Shown: positions 8,676-16,917 of the stretch, in pieces
Position numbering within the stretch: the stretch's first letter is position 1
How the letters are laid out: each line of letters begins with the position of its first letter
IMG/VR virus record: IMGVR_UViG_3300028591_000086
Span: 32,001 to 96,000 of that record
DNA length: 64,000 nucleotides
Source of the DNA: a virus
Taxonomy: Duplodnaviria > Caudoviricetes
Direction: 5' to 3' (one strand)
Position numbers and translations under genes: made by a program
Notes under the pieces: model-generated
What the model was told of the DNA's origin: nothing
Seen by the model: only the letters and a program-made list of their open reading frames with translations
Databases searched by the model: none

Positions 8676-10940
8676 TTAATGTAAATGACTAAAAAAATAC
8701 CTCATATCATTTTGTAAATCATTAGCTTCATAACTCTGTTGCTGACGAAGAATCTGACTTCGGTTACTTTGTTCAACAACATTAACATCCAAATCTTCAT
8801 GCATATTTCGAGTATATTCTGATTGTTGATGTTTCTCATCATACAACATATCTTCTTCCCTTTGCATTTCAGTAGGATCCAATGTATAAAGTTTACCGTT
8901 GTCATTCTGTCGCTTCATTTGTTCTTCTATATCAGGATCATATCTTCCGCCCATCATACCATACATACTTTCAAAAATATCATCAGCAGACGTTTTATGA
9001 TTTTTCATCAGTTTATTAGTTTTTATTATATCGTTGTCGATGACACCACTATTCATCTGTTGTCTTTGTAAAAGTAATTGATTCGTTTTAGACATCTCCA
9101 TTTCAGCAAATTCAGAATTCTTATCTCTAATTTTCTTTATCTTTTTATTATCTTCTATATCTGCTAGTTTTTCATTAGTTATACTTCGCATTTTAGATTC
9201 GTCTCCTTTATTCTTTTCGAATTCATGAACCATACAACCTATAGTCAAAGGATCAATAAATTTCTCTTTATAACTTCCAAATAATAGGAACCATCTTGTA
9301 AACAAGTAAGAAATTAACAAGTCATCATGACCACCAACAGGATGGTCGACCCTACCTGTTCTAGTAGTTATCAACGCTTTTATTTCATCTATGATTACTC
9401 TATCATATATTCTATCATAACTATCGTCAACAGCTATTTTAAGAATCTGACCATATATCATTTTTCTTGCTTGTTCGGTAGTGTTAATACCGAATTCTTT
9501 AATTTTTCCTGTTTTAGGATCCGTTGGCCCATATATTCGTGACGCTAAAGAAAAATCTATCTGAACTAATCTATCTGCGACGGTAGCACCATTTAAGTTA
9601 CGTTCTATAACTAATATAGATCTATAGAAGTATTTTCTCATCAAATCAGCTAACATGTCAGCGAATAACATTGTGCTAAACATATTTGATCTTATTGTTC
9701 CCACTATTTCATAGGTATATGGATCTAATATCGCTATAGCACTATAGTCTGAACCTACGTTATTTGCACAGTCACAACCTAAGATATAAGGAATAGACCA
9801 ATCTATTGTTTCAGGATCTTTATACATTTTCATCCTAAATACTTTATTTAAAATTACTGTATGTATAGGAGATCGTTTGTTTTTATCAAGTAAAGTAAGC
9901 ACTTGTTGTCCAAGTGGGTGAGTAGTAGATACGGCTTTCCATTTACATAGAACTTCACGATCTATTGCATCCTGATCATAATCCAGAGCTTTACATTGCT
10001 CTTCATAATATGTATCATCTTTACCTAAATCATAATATTGATATTCGATATGAATAAAATCGTTTTTAGCGTTATTTCTAATAAGAGCTTTAACTTCATC
10101 TATAGATAAATCGTATAATTCTTCTGAGAAGTCATAACAGTTATTCATGAAGTTATGTGCGTAAACACCTTCATCGGTATTAAGATAACCTGATGTAGTA
10201 GTTATTCCAATAAAATGCGGATTACCGTTTTTCTCAGCACGTCTAGCAACTTCCATATACTGTAATACAGTAGATTGATATTGTTGTTTAATGTGCGGAA
10301 TAAATGCAAACTCGTCATAATTTACTACTGGTGTAGAACGTCCACGGAACTTCTGATTAGCTATTTCTTCACTCTTAGCAGGAGCCATTCGAGAAACATC
10401 GTTTCCTAGTAATTTAAAACCTATAGTTTCACCATTTTTATCACGATTACTGTTTAATTTTAAATATGTAGGAAGTGCATCTCTAATAGCCTTAATACGA
10501 CCCATATTATCCGATAACTTATCATCACTCTGTGCATATAACATCATATTTGAGTTTCTTGAACCAAAATATAATATCCACACAAATATTACCATTTCAC
10601 CGACAGTCTTACCTGTCTGACGAGGTAATATCACATAATGATTAAGATTATTAAGCGCACACCAAGATAATGCTAAGTTACCTAAGTTCAAATCGTATCT
10701 AATTAAACCTGACGCAGGAATCCTAACTATTTCTCGCAAAAAATACCAAGGATTAGTTGATACTTCCACAAGAATACGTTGTTTCTGTTCTTCTGTTAAA
10801 TTTTCTTCATCAAAAGGATCTATATCTTTAAGAGTCTCATCGTATAATTCTAGAAAGAAAGAATTATTCTTAACTCCTTTTTTCTTTAAAAATAAATGTA
10901 CTTTAAGAAAGCTGTTATTAGATGTATTATAATGTATCAT
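8676..10940 (-). CDS. terL: Terminase large subunit (probable start MIHYNTSN at 10940)
   Basis: Walker A LPRQTGKT, Walker B VNYDE, ITTT coupling motif, nuclease acidic motifs LGCD and HDD. GAGGT RBS before 10940. GACT-TTAAAA-TG promoter variant at 10950-10961. Confidence 0.92.
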   Translation of the reverse strand: MIHYNTSNNSFLKVHLFLKKKGVKNNSFFLELYDETLKDIDPFDEENLTEEQKQRILVEVSTNPWYFLREIVRIPASGLIRYDLNLGNLALSWCALNNLNHYVILPRQTGKTVGEMVIFVWILYFGSRNSNMMLYAQSDDKLSDNMGRIKAIRDALPTYLKLNSNRDKNGETIGFKLLGNDVSRMAPAKSEEIANQKFRGRSTPVVNYDEFAFIPHIKQQYQSTVLQYMEVARRAEKNGNPHFIGITTTSGYLNTDEGVYAHNFMNNCYDFSEELYDLSIDEVKALIRNNAKNDFIHIEYQYYDLGKDDTYYEEQCKALDYDQDAIDREVLCKWKAVSTTHPLGQQVLTLLDKNKRSPIHTVILNKVFRMKMYKDPETIDWSIPYILGCDCANNVGSDYSAIAILDPYTYEIVGTIRSNMFSTMLFADMLADLMRKYFYRSILVIERNLNGATVADRLVQIDFSLASRIYGPTDPKTGKIKEFGINTTEQARKMIYGQILKIAVDDSYDRIYDRVIIDEIKALITTRTGRVDHPVGGHDDLLISYLFTRWFLLFGSYKEKFIDPLTIGCMVHEFEKNKGDESKMRSITNEKLADIEDNKKIKKIRDKNSEFAEMEMSKTNQLLLQRQQMNSGVIDNDIIKTNKLMKNHKTSADDIFESMYGMMGGRYDPDIEEQMKRQNDNGKLYTLDPTEMQREEDMLYDEKHQQSEYTRNMHEDLDVNVVEQSNRSQILRQQQSYEANDLQNDMRYFFSHLH

Positions 10941-11014
10941 AAAGTACCTCATTTTAAAGTCACGATATTTGCAATAATTAATAAATAATAAATAAATATT
11001 TATTGTAGTATATA

Positions 11015-11051
11015 AAAATAAGTGTGGAGGTTCTTCCTCCACACTTATTTT
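11015..11051 (-). terminator. Terminator closing the glycosyltransferase operon
   Basis: AAAATAAGTGTGGAGG / CCTCCACACTTATTTT perfect inverted repeat. Confidence 0.85.
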
Positions 11052-11075
11052 ATAAATAATCGCTAATTTTTAATA

Positions 11076-13316
11076 TTAATTGACATACCACGCTGCTTCT
11101 TCTGGCGTTAATTTTTCTATACCATACCAATCTACTAACCATGGAATGAGAAATTCAGAATTTTGTTGTAATTCACAGTATTTATTCCACACATCCACTC
11201 CATATAAATCAGTATAAAATTTTGTCACATCATCAAAAGTAAGAGAAGTATCAAGTATAATATTATTGTTTTTAAGTGCATTAAGTTCAATAAATCTATA
11301 ATAAGTATAATCTATACTTAAACAAAATCTAAATAATTTTATTCTAAATCCACGTACTAAATTATTATATTCTACGGTTGTATATTTTCCAGAATGCCAC
11401 AATTGTATTATATAATTGTAAACTTGAATTAATGCATTGTATGTAGTATGTCGTTTAATATCCTGTATAGATATAGGTTTGTTATTATCTATTTTATAAG
11501 AAGAACAACCTGTATTTTGTCTATATATATAAGTATTAACTGTGGTATTATAATAATATGATTTAGCAAAACAATATATCATGAACGTTGTACATAGATC
11601 TTCACCCATAAAGCATTCTATATTTACAGGAATAGTATTATATGCATTTATTAATACAGATTTTTTATAACATTTAGACCATATAATAAATGGCATTTTC
11701 TCACCAATTAAACAATCATATATAATATTTTTTTTAGAAACATTAATATATTTTAAGCATCCTCCTCCATCATCATCTTTTGACGAAGATTCAACCCCCC
11801 ATTGATCATGTCCCTGTTGATCATGTATCAATTTTATTCGTTCATAACCTGTTTCAACAACATCAGGATAATCATTATTAACTATCATACTAATAATAAT
11901 ATCAGTACTATTCTCAGTTAATAGATCATCACCATCAATATATCTAATATATTCACCTCTAGCTAATTCAGCTAATCGTCTTCTAGATTCCAATTGTCCT
12001 ACATTAGTTTCATTCTTATAATATCTTAAATTTAATTTAGGATATTTAGATTTAAAATTATCGATAATTTTATCTAATTCCTCAGTTCTAGGACTACAAT
12101 CATTGATAACGATAACTTCTATTTTATCAGTGAATATATCTTTACTAGATTTAACTACTGATTCTAATAACTCTTCAACATAATCTTCATTATCATATTG
12201 AAGAATACATATTGACATAAAAGGTTTTTCTTGTTTTCCAAAATAATCCACAAGATATGGAACCAACCAACCTCTTCTAGGTGTCTTACTTCGAATTTCA
12301 AGATAATCATCCCATATAGATTTTCCATCATTAGTAAAACCTTTTCTGAACCATTCATTAATCTCATCAATAGATATACCGTCAAGCTCACCTTTATTGA
12401 TATTTTCTATAAAAAACGATTCATATGCTAAAGAATGACTAAATATTTTTTGTCTAAATCCATACACAAGATTTTCATATTCTTCAGTAGAATATTCATC
12501 TTTAAGACTTAAAATATCTTTATAAAGCAGATTTATTACTTTATAATCTGTGTGTAGTTTTATTGAATCTTTTATTTTTCTTTTGCTATGACTCATTGTA
12601 CCAATATCTGTTCTATATATGTATCCGAATTTAGTAGAATCTCCAAAATAAGTTTTAGCACATTTATACATGTAATAAACCGTGAGAATATCTTCTGCCA
12701 TATAAATACGTTCATCGATATTTATACATTTAAAAGCGGATCTATATACTGTAGATTTAACAGCTTTATTCCATACGCAAAACTTCATAGCCTCAACACA
12801 CGTTAGATATTTATATAAAAGATTTTTATTTGATTTCATGTAACCATCGATTATCTGTGGAAAATCGTATCTATTGATACTTCCATCAACATTCATGGTA
12901 TAATTATTCGTTTCAACAACATCAGGATAATCATTATTAACTATCATACTAATAATAATATCAGTACTATTCTCAGTTAATAGATCATCACCATCAATAT
13001 ATCTAATATATTCACCTCTAGCTAATTCAGCTAATCGTCTTCTAGATTCCAATTGTCCTACATTAGTTTCATTCTTATAATATCTTAAATTTAATTTAGG
13101 ATATTTAGATTTAAAATTATCGATAATTTTATCTAATTCCTCAGTTCTAGGACTACAATCATTGATAACGATAACTTCTATTTTATCAGTGAATATATCT
13201 TTACTAGATTTAACTACTGATTCTAATAACTCTTCAACATAATCTTCATTATCATATTGAAGAATACATATTGAAAGAAACGGAAATAAATTATTGCTAT
13301 TTTTTATTTGTTGCAT
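11076..13316 (-). CDS. Tandem two-domain family 2 glycosyltransferase
   Basis: Two GT-A modules, each with INDCS, NVGQLESR, GEYIRYIDGDD (DxD), W-x-K, ED and Y-x-YR motifs. Confidence 0.9.
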   Translation of the reverse strand: MQQIKNSNNLFPFLSICILQYDNEDYVEELLESVVKSSKDIFTDKIEVIVINDCSPRTEELDKIIDNFKSKYPKLNLRYYKNETNVGQLESRRRLAELARGEYIRYIDGDDLLTENSTDIIISMIVNNDYPDVVETNNYTMNVDGSINRYDFPQIIDGYMKSNKNLLYKYLTCVEAMKFCVWNKAVKSTVYRSAFKCINIDERIYMAEDILTVYYMYKCAKTYFGDSTKFGYIYRTDIGTMSHSKRKIKDSIKLHTDYKVINLLYKDILSLKDEYSTEEYENLVYGFRQKIFSHSLAYESFFIENINKGELDGISIDEINEWFRKGFTNDGKSIWDDYLEIRSKTPRRGWLVPYLVDYFGKQEKPFMSICILQYDNEDYVEELLESVVKSSKDIFTDKIEVIVINDCSPRTEELDKIIDNFKSKYPKLNLRYYKNETNVGQLESRRRLAELARGEYIRYIDGDDLLTENSTDIIISMIVNNDYPDVVETGYERIKLIHDQQGHDQWGVESSSKDDDGGGCLKYINVSKKNIIYDCLIGEKMPFIIWSKCYKKSVLINAYNTIPVNIECFMGEDLCTTFMIYCFAKSYYYNTTVNTYIYRQNTGCSSYKIDNNKPISIQDIKRHTTYNALIQVYNYIIQLWHSGKYTTVEYNNLVRGFRIKLFRFCLSIDYTYYRFIELNALKNNNIILDTSLTFDDVTKFYTDLYGVDVWNKYCELQQNSEFLIPWLVDWYGIEKLTPEEAAWYVN
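11851..13274. repeat. Two identical 365-bp direct repeats (11851-12215 and 12910-13274) inside the GT2 gene
   Basis: Base-by-base comparison found no mismatch. Offset is 1059 bp, which is 353 codons and in frame. Confidence 0.95.
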
Positions 13317-13336
13317 AAAAACTCCTTCAAATATAT

Positions 13337-14569
13337 CTATTTTATAAAATAGATATATAGACTGTGTGTACGTTTATCGATCGTCATTTTATCTATTACT
13401 ATATCGATTATATTATTTGTATTAAAATTCATTAGATGTTTTAAAAACGTGTTATTAATTATTTCTTTGAATCTAACAATATTATTTTTATAACCAATAT
13501 AAATATATCTTAAGCTATTTACACAATAAATGTATTCAGTGTCATTATATGGTGTAATATGTGTATAATCAGTAAAGCCTTTAGTATCACCATATCCGTT
13601 TGAACATAAAAACATCTGATCATATAAACATATTTCGTCATATTCAGCATTGTTCAAATTATTTTGTTTAATAGAATTTGTATATTCTGAAAACAATTTA
13701 CAACGTTTTTCAGCGATACTACCATAAAAACTTTCACCAATATTAAAAAAATCACTGTCTTCGAACACTAGTATGCGTATTTTTATTTTTTTACTACGAT
13801 TTTCAGGTAATAAACCACGTTCTTTAGCTTGCTGTAAATTATATTTTAATGGAAACAAATGGTTAAAAAACGGTTTATCGCCAGCAAAATCAAAGTTGTT
13901 ATATTCTTGAATCATTTTATTATTTTCACCGCTACCATATTTATTAAAAAACAAATTTCTAAATGTCCTAAATGCCGAATAATCATATTCAAAAATTTCA
14001 GATTTATTATAATATTCCATAAACTCGTCTAATATAATAGATCTATTTTTACCTTTCTTAACACAAAACGCACAAGCTCCTTCTGTATAATCTTTATATG
14101 ATGTTTTCGATGGATCATTAAAAATCCGTAAAAATTCATCTACATCAAATAAATACATATCAGAATCAATATACACGCTGTTAGGTATATTTTGCAACAT
14201 CTGTAGTCGTATTACATCAGTTGATATATTTCGTTGTTTTCTAATAACGGTATCTACTTGTTGGCAATGTTCTACTGATTTATTAAATTCGTCGAAATAG
14301 ATAAAACGTTCATAAATCGGTACAGTTTCAGTAGGTTCTTCCCCGGGTTTAAGATATTCATTATTAAATACCTTATAATAAGGATCATTTTCAATCATAC
14401 CAGGAAAAGTATCTCTTACATCTTTTTCCAAATCAAACAAATACAATACCGAGTTAGGTATCCGTTTCCATGAATCTAAACATTTCTTTATAAGAGCATC
14501 TTCTCTCATTTTTCCATAAGGAATTATAGTAAAAATATTTATCTTATTTTCATCAAACGTAAATTTCAT
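13337..14569 (-). CDS. DxD glycosyltransferase (GT32 / capsular-synthesis-like)
   Basis: KCLDSWKR near the N-terminus and TDVIRLQML...VYIDSD, which fit the D-x-x-R...Y-x-D-x-D signature. Confidence 0.7.
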   Translation of the reverse strand: MKFTFDENKINIFTIIPYGKMREDALIKKCLDSWKRIPNSVLYLFDLEKDVRDTFPGMIENDPYYKVFNNEYLKPGEEPTETVPIYERFIYFDEFNKSVEHCQQVDTVIRKQRNISTDVIRLQMLQNIPNSVYIDSDMYLFDVDEFLRIFNDPSKTSYKDYTEGACAFCVKKGKNRSIILDEFMEYYNKSEIFEYDYSAFRTFRNLFFNKYGSGENNKMIQEYNNFDFAGDKPFFNHLFPLKYNLQQAKERGLLPENRSKKIKIRILVFEDSDFFNIGESFYGSIAEKRCKLFSEYTNSIKQNNLNNAEYDEICLYDQMFLCSNGYGDTKGFTDYTHITPYNDTEYIYCVNSLRYIYIGYKNNIVRFKEIINNTFLKHLMNFNTNNIIDIVIDKMTIDKRTHSLYIYFIK

Positions 14570-14581
14570 TTTAAATTTCCT

Positions 14582-15085
14582 TTAATATTCATATTTATCA
14601 CCGACAATTTTAGACATAATGTGTTTAGTTATATGCGTTATTACATCTTCGTCATAACATTCTGTTTTCTTAGTCTTGTGATCATATACGTAGATTACAT
14701 CATCTTTATCAACTAAAGTATAATCCCCATTATCAGATTCTATAACGATAAATTTATTTTTTTCAGAATCTTTAGCTACAGTATTTCTCCACTCATTGGT
14801 TAATTTTATTAAATCACTATTTGTTGGAAGATAGAAATCTTGCACTTTTATAGAACCTATCTCTATTAGCATTTCTTTAGTACTATTGCCTAATTTAAAA
14901 TCTAAAGCTTTCTCTAGATCACTAATAGTTATGTCTCTTTCGGTTGTTGTTTTACAAAAATTGTTAAATGTTTTTACTAATTGCTTCATTTGTTCTATAT
15001 TAATAGCATCTTTAACGTTATCAGGTTTAGATGATTCTATAGAAATCTTCATTTTATCTGTGGAAACTATTATTTTATTTCTCAT
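14582..15085 (-). CDS. SMI1/KNR4 (SUKH) domain protein
   Basis: ISDLEKALDFKL...KEML...G helix motif and FIVIESDNGDYTLVD...IYVYDH strands. Confidence 0.7.
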   Translation of the reverse strand: MRNKIIVSTDKMKISIESSKPDNVKDAINIEQMKQLVKTFNNFCKTTTERDITISDLEKALDFKLGNSTKEMLIEIGSIKVQDFYLPTNSDLIKLTNEWRNTVAKDSEKNKFIVIESDNGDYTLVDKDDVIYVYDHKTKKTECYDEDVITHITKHIMSKIVGDKYEY

Positions 15086-15184
15086 ATTTTTACCTCGCTT
15101 TATTAAATTATCATATTTTAAGTCGTTAATTTAATAATAATTTAATAATTATATATTTTATTCATAGTAATAAGGAGATAAAAC

Positions 15185-15340
15185 ATGAAAAAGAAACAAC
15201 AAAAGAAAAAATATGAAACTAATAAATTCATATTTAATTTGACTTTCGGTTTAGTTAAATTTGTGAAGATTACAACAATAATCTGTTTATCACCATTTAT
15301 AATAATTAAAAATTTAAAAGATAAGAAGGAGAATAAATAA
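15185..15340 (+). CDS. Small basic membrane protein (51 aa, not in the ORF track)
   Basis: AAGGAG RBS. Translates as MKKKQQKKKYETNKFIFNLTFGLVKFVKITTIICLSPFIIIKNLKDKKENK. Its stop overlaps the next ATG (TAATG). Confidence 0.7.
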   Translation: MKKKQQKKKYETNKFIFNLTFGLVKFVKITTIICLSPFIIIKNLKDKKENK

Positions 15341-15813
15341 TGAAGAAACTGAAAACAAAGATTAAGGTTATCGGATTCATAAGTTGTGATAAACTCAAAG
15401 AGCTCACTGAAAAAGAATTCAATATACGTATGGATATATTAACTGAATTCGGTACAGACCAGGACAGCTATAGTAGCCGAGAAGAAATGTATGAAAAAGC
15501 TGAAAAAGTACTGGAAAAATATCTATGGAGACACAGATATCTTTATTCTGGTGAAGAAATGCAAAACCGAGGTATTCCTGTATTGATGGATACAAGATCC
15601 AAACAGATCATGACACTTTGGATTACTTGGAGAATGTGGGGCAAATTCATCTCTGAAATAGTAAATAAACATACAAAATTAAACACTGATTATCTGTGGT
15701 TTTACATGGATAACTATAAGAGATGCAGATTTCCTAAATATGATACTAAGAAAGTAGAAAAATATATACGTAACGAGTTACAAAGGAGAATAAATAATGA
15801 AAATAGTGTATAA
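15340..15813 (+). CDS. Hypothetical protein (157 aa)
   Basis: AAGGAG RBS and translational coupling. Confidence 0.8.
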   Translation: MKKLKTKIKVIGFISCDKLKELTEKEFNIRMDILTEFGTDQDSYSSREEMYEKAEKVLEKYLWRHRYLYSGEEMQNRGIPVLMDTRSKQIMTLWITWRMWGKFISEIVNKHTKLNTDYLWFYMDNYKRCRFPKYDTKKVEKYIRNELQRRINNENSV

Positions 15814-16258
15814 TAACGATCGAGATACTTATATCAAATTTGATATAAGTAATACATTAAAAAATTTCATAAATGATGTAAAAAATCTATATGATATATC
15901 GTGTATCAGTGTTAGACTATATGATATTAATGATATATTAGATCACCATTCTGAAATCGAAGATATAAAATGTCATAACCTCGATCTAGATTCATGGGAT
16001 GACGACGATAAAGATCCAAAACAATTTATAACGAACGTAGACATAGATGTATATGACTATAATACTTGGAAAGATTATGAGAATTTGATGATTGCTAAAA
16101 CTGTAAATTTGGTGGATGGATATAGGCCTAATCAAGATATTTATACTGTTAATACCGGATTAAAGTGGAAAGATTATGAAGACATTATTCTTCAAGTATT
16201 TGTCGATGGGTTAAAAGATTGTATCAAAACGATTGATAAAGAAAAAAGTAAGGAGTAA
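15797..16258 (+). CDS. Hypothetical acidic protein (153 aa)
   Basis: AAGGAG RBS, overlapping the previous gene end. Confidence 0.8.
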   Translation: MKIVYNNDRDTYIKFDISNTLKNFINDVKNLYDISCISVRLYDINDILDHHSEIEDIKCHNLDLDSWDDDDKDPKQFITNVDIDVYDYNTWKDYENLMIAKTVNLVDGYRPNQDIYTVNTGLKWKDYEDIILQVFVDGLKDCIKTIDKEKSKE

Positions 16259-16263
16259 AAAAT

Positions 16264-16791
16264 ATGACAACATCTTATTTAATGTTTGCATATACGGAAC
16301 CAGCACTGGAAAGTTTAGTAGTATATAAAGTTGTTATTAACGATAAGAATAAATTTGCAGGAACATTAACCCCTGATGAATTCGCGATGGCTAAAATATT
16401 AAGACACGTGTATGAAAACCATGGTGGTTGGCCACGAGACTTTACATTATTCAATGAATCAACTGGTCATATGGGTTGTCCTGGTATATTCGGTGGTTTA
16501 GGTGGTCCAAAAGAAGTTCCATCTCCAAACTATATGAGTATTGAAAGAGCAACTGAAGAATACAACTATTTTGCTGAAGTATATGATGAACCATATATAC
16601 CATATTCTTCACCTGAACGACTTATGAATGCACATAATCATCTTGAAGACCAACTAATTGAAAATATAAAATACAAAAAAGATAAAAGAAAAGAACTACT
16701 AAATAAAATAATAAATACGTGGAATATATCAGCCGATGGTGTGTTTGTACAACATGGAGTAGACAAATTCCACGAAAATAGTTTATGTTAA
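16264..16791 (+). CDS. Hypothetical protein (175 aa)
   Basis: AAGGAG RBS and operon context. Confidence 0.8.
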   Translation: MTTSYLMFAYTEPALESLVVYKVVINDKNKFAGTLTPDEFAMAKILRHVYENHGGWPRDFTLFNESTGHMGCPGIFGGLGGPKEVPSPNYMSIERATEEYNYFAEVYDEPYIPYSSPERLMNAHNHLEDQLIENIKYKKDKRKELLNKIINTWNISADGVFVQHGVDKFHENSLC

Positions 16792-16879
16792 AATTAAAAT
16801 AATATATCATCCGTATCGATTAAATCCAGATCATGTTAATGTATCGTGATCCGTAATTTAACCCATTAATCCACAATGT

Positions 16880-16917
16880 AAAGAAAACTGTCCCAATTGG
16901 GACAGTTTTCTTTTTTT
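16880..16917. terminator. Bidirectional terminator
   Basis: AAAGAAAACTGTCCC-AATT-GGGACAGTTTTCTTT. Confidence 0.85.

Noticed and set aside
10941-11042. N-terminal extension of the terminase ORF (MEEEPPHL...)
   Set aside because: It overlaps the upstream terminator and promoter. The RBS supports a start at 10940.
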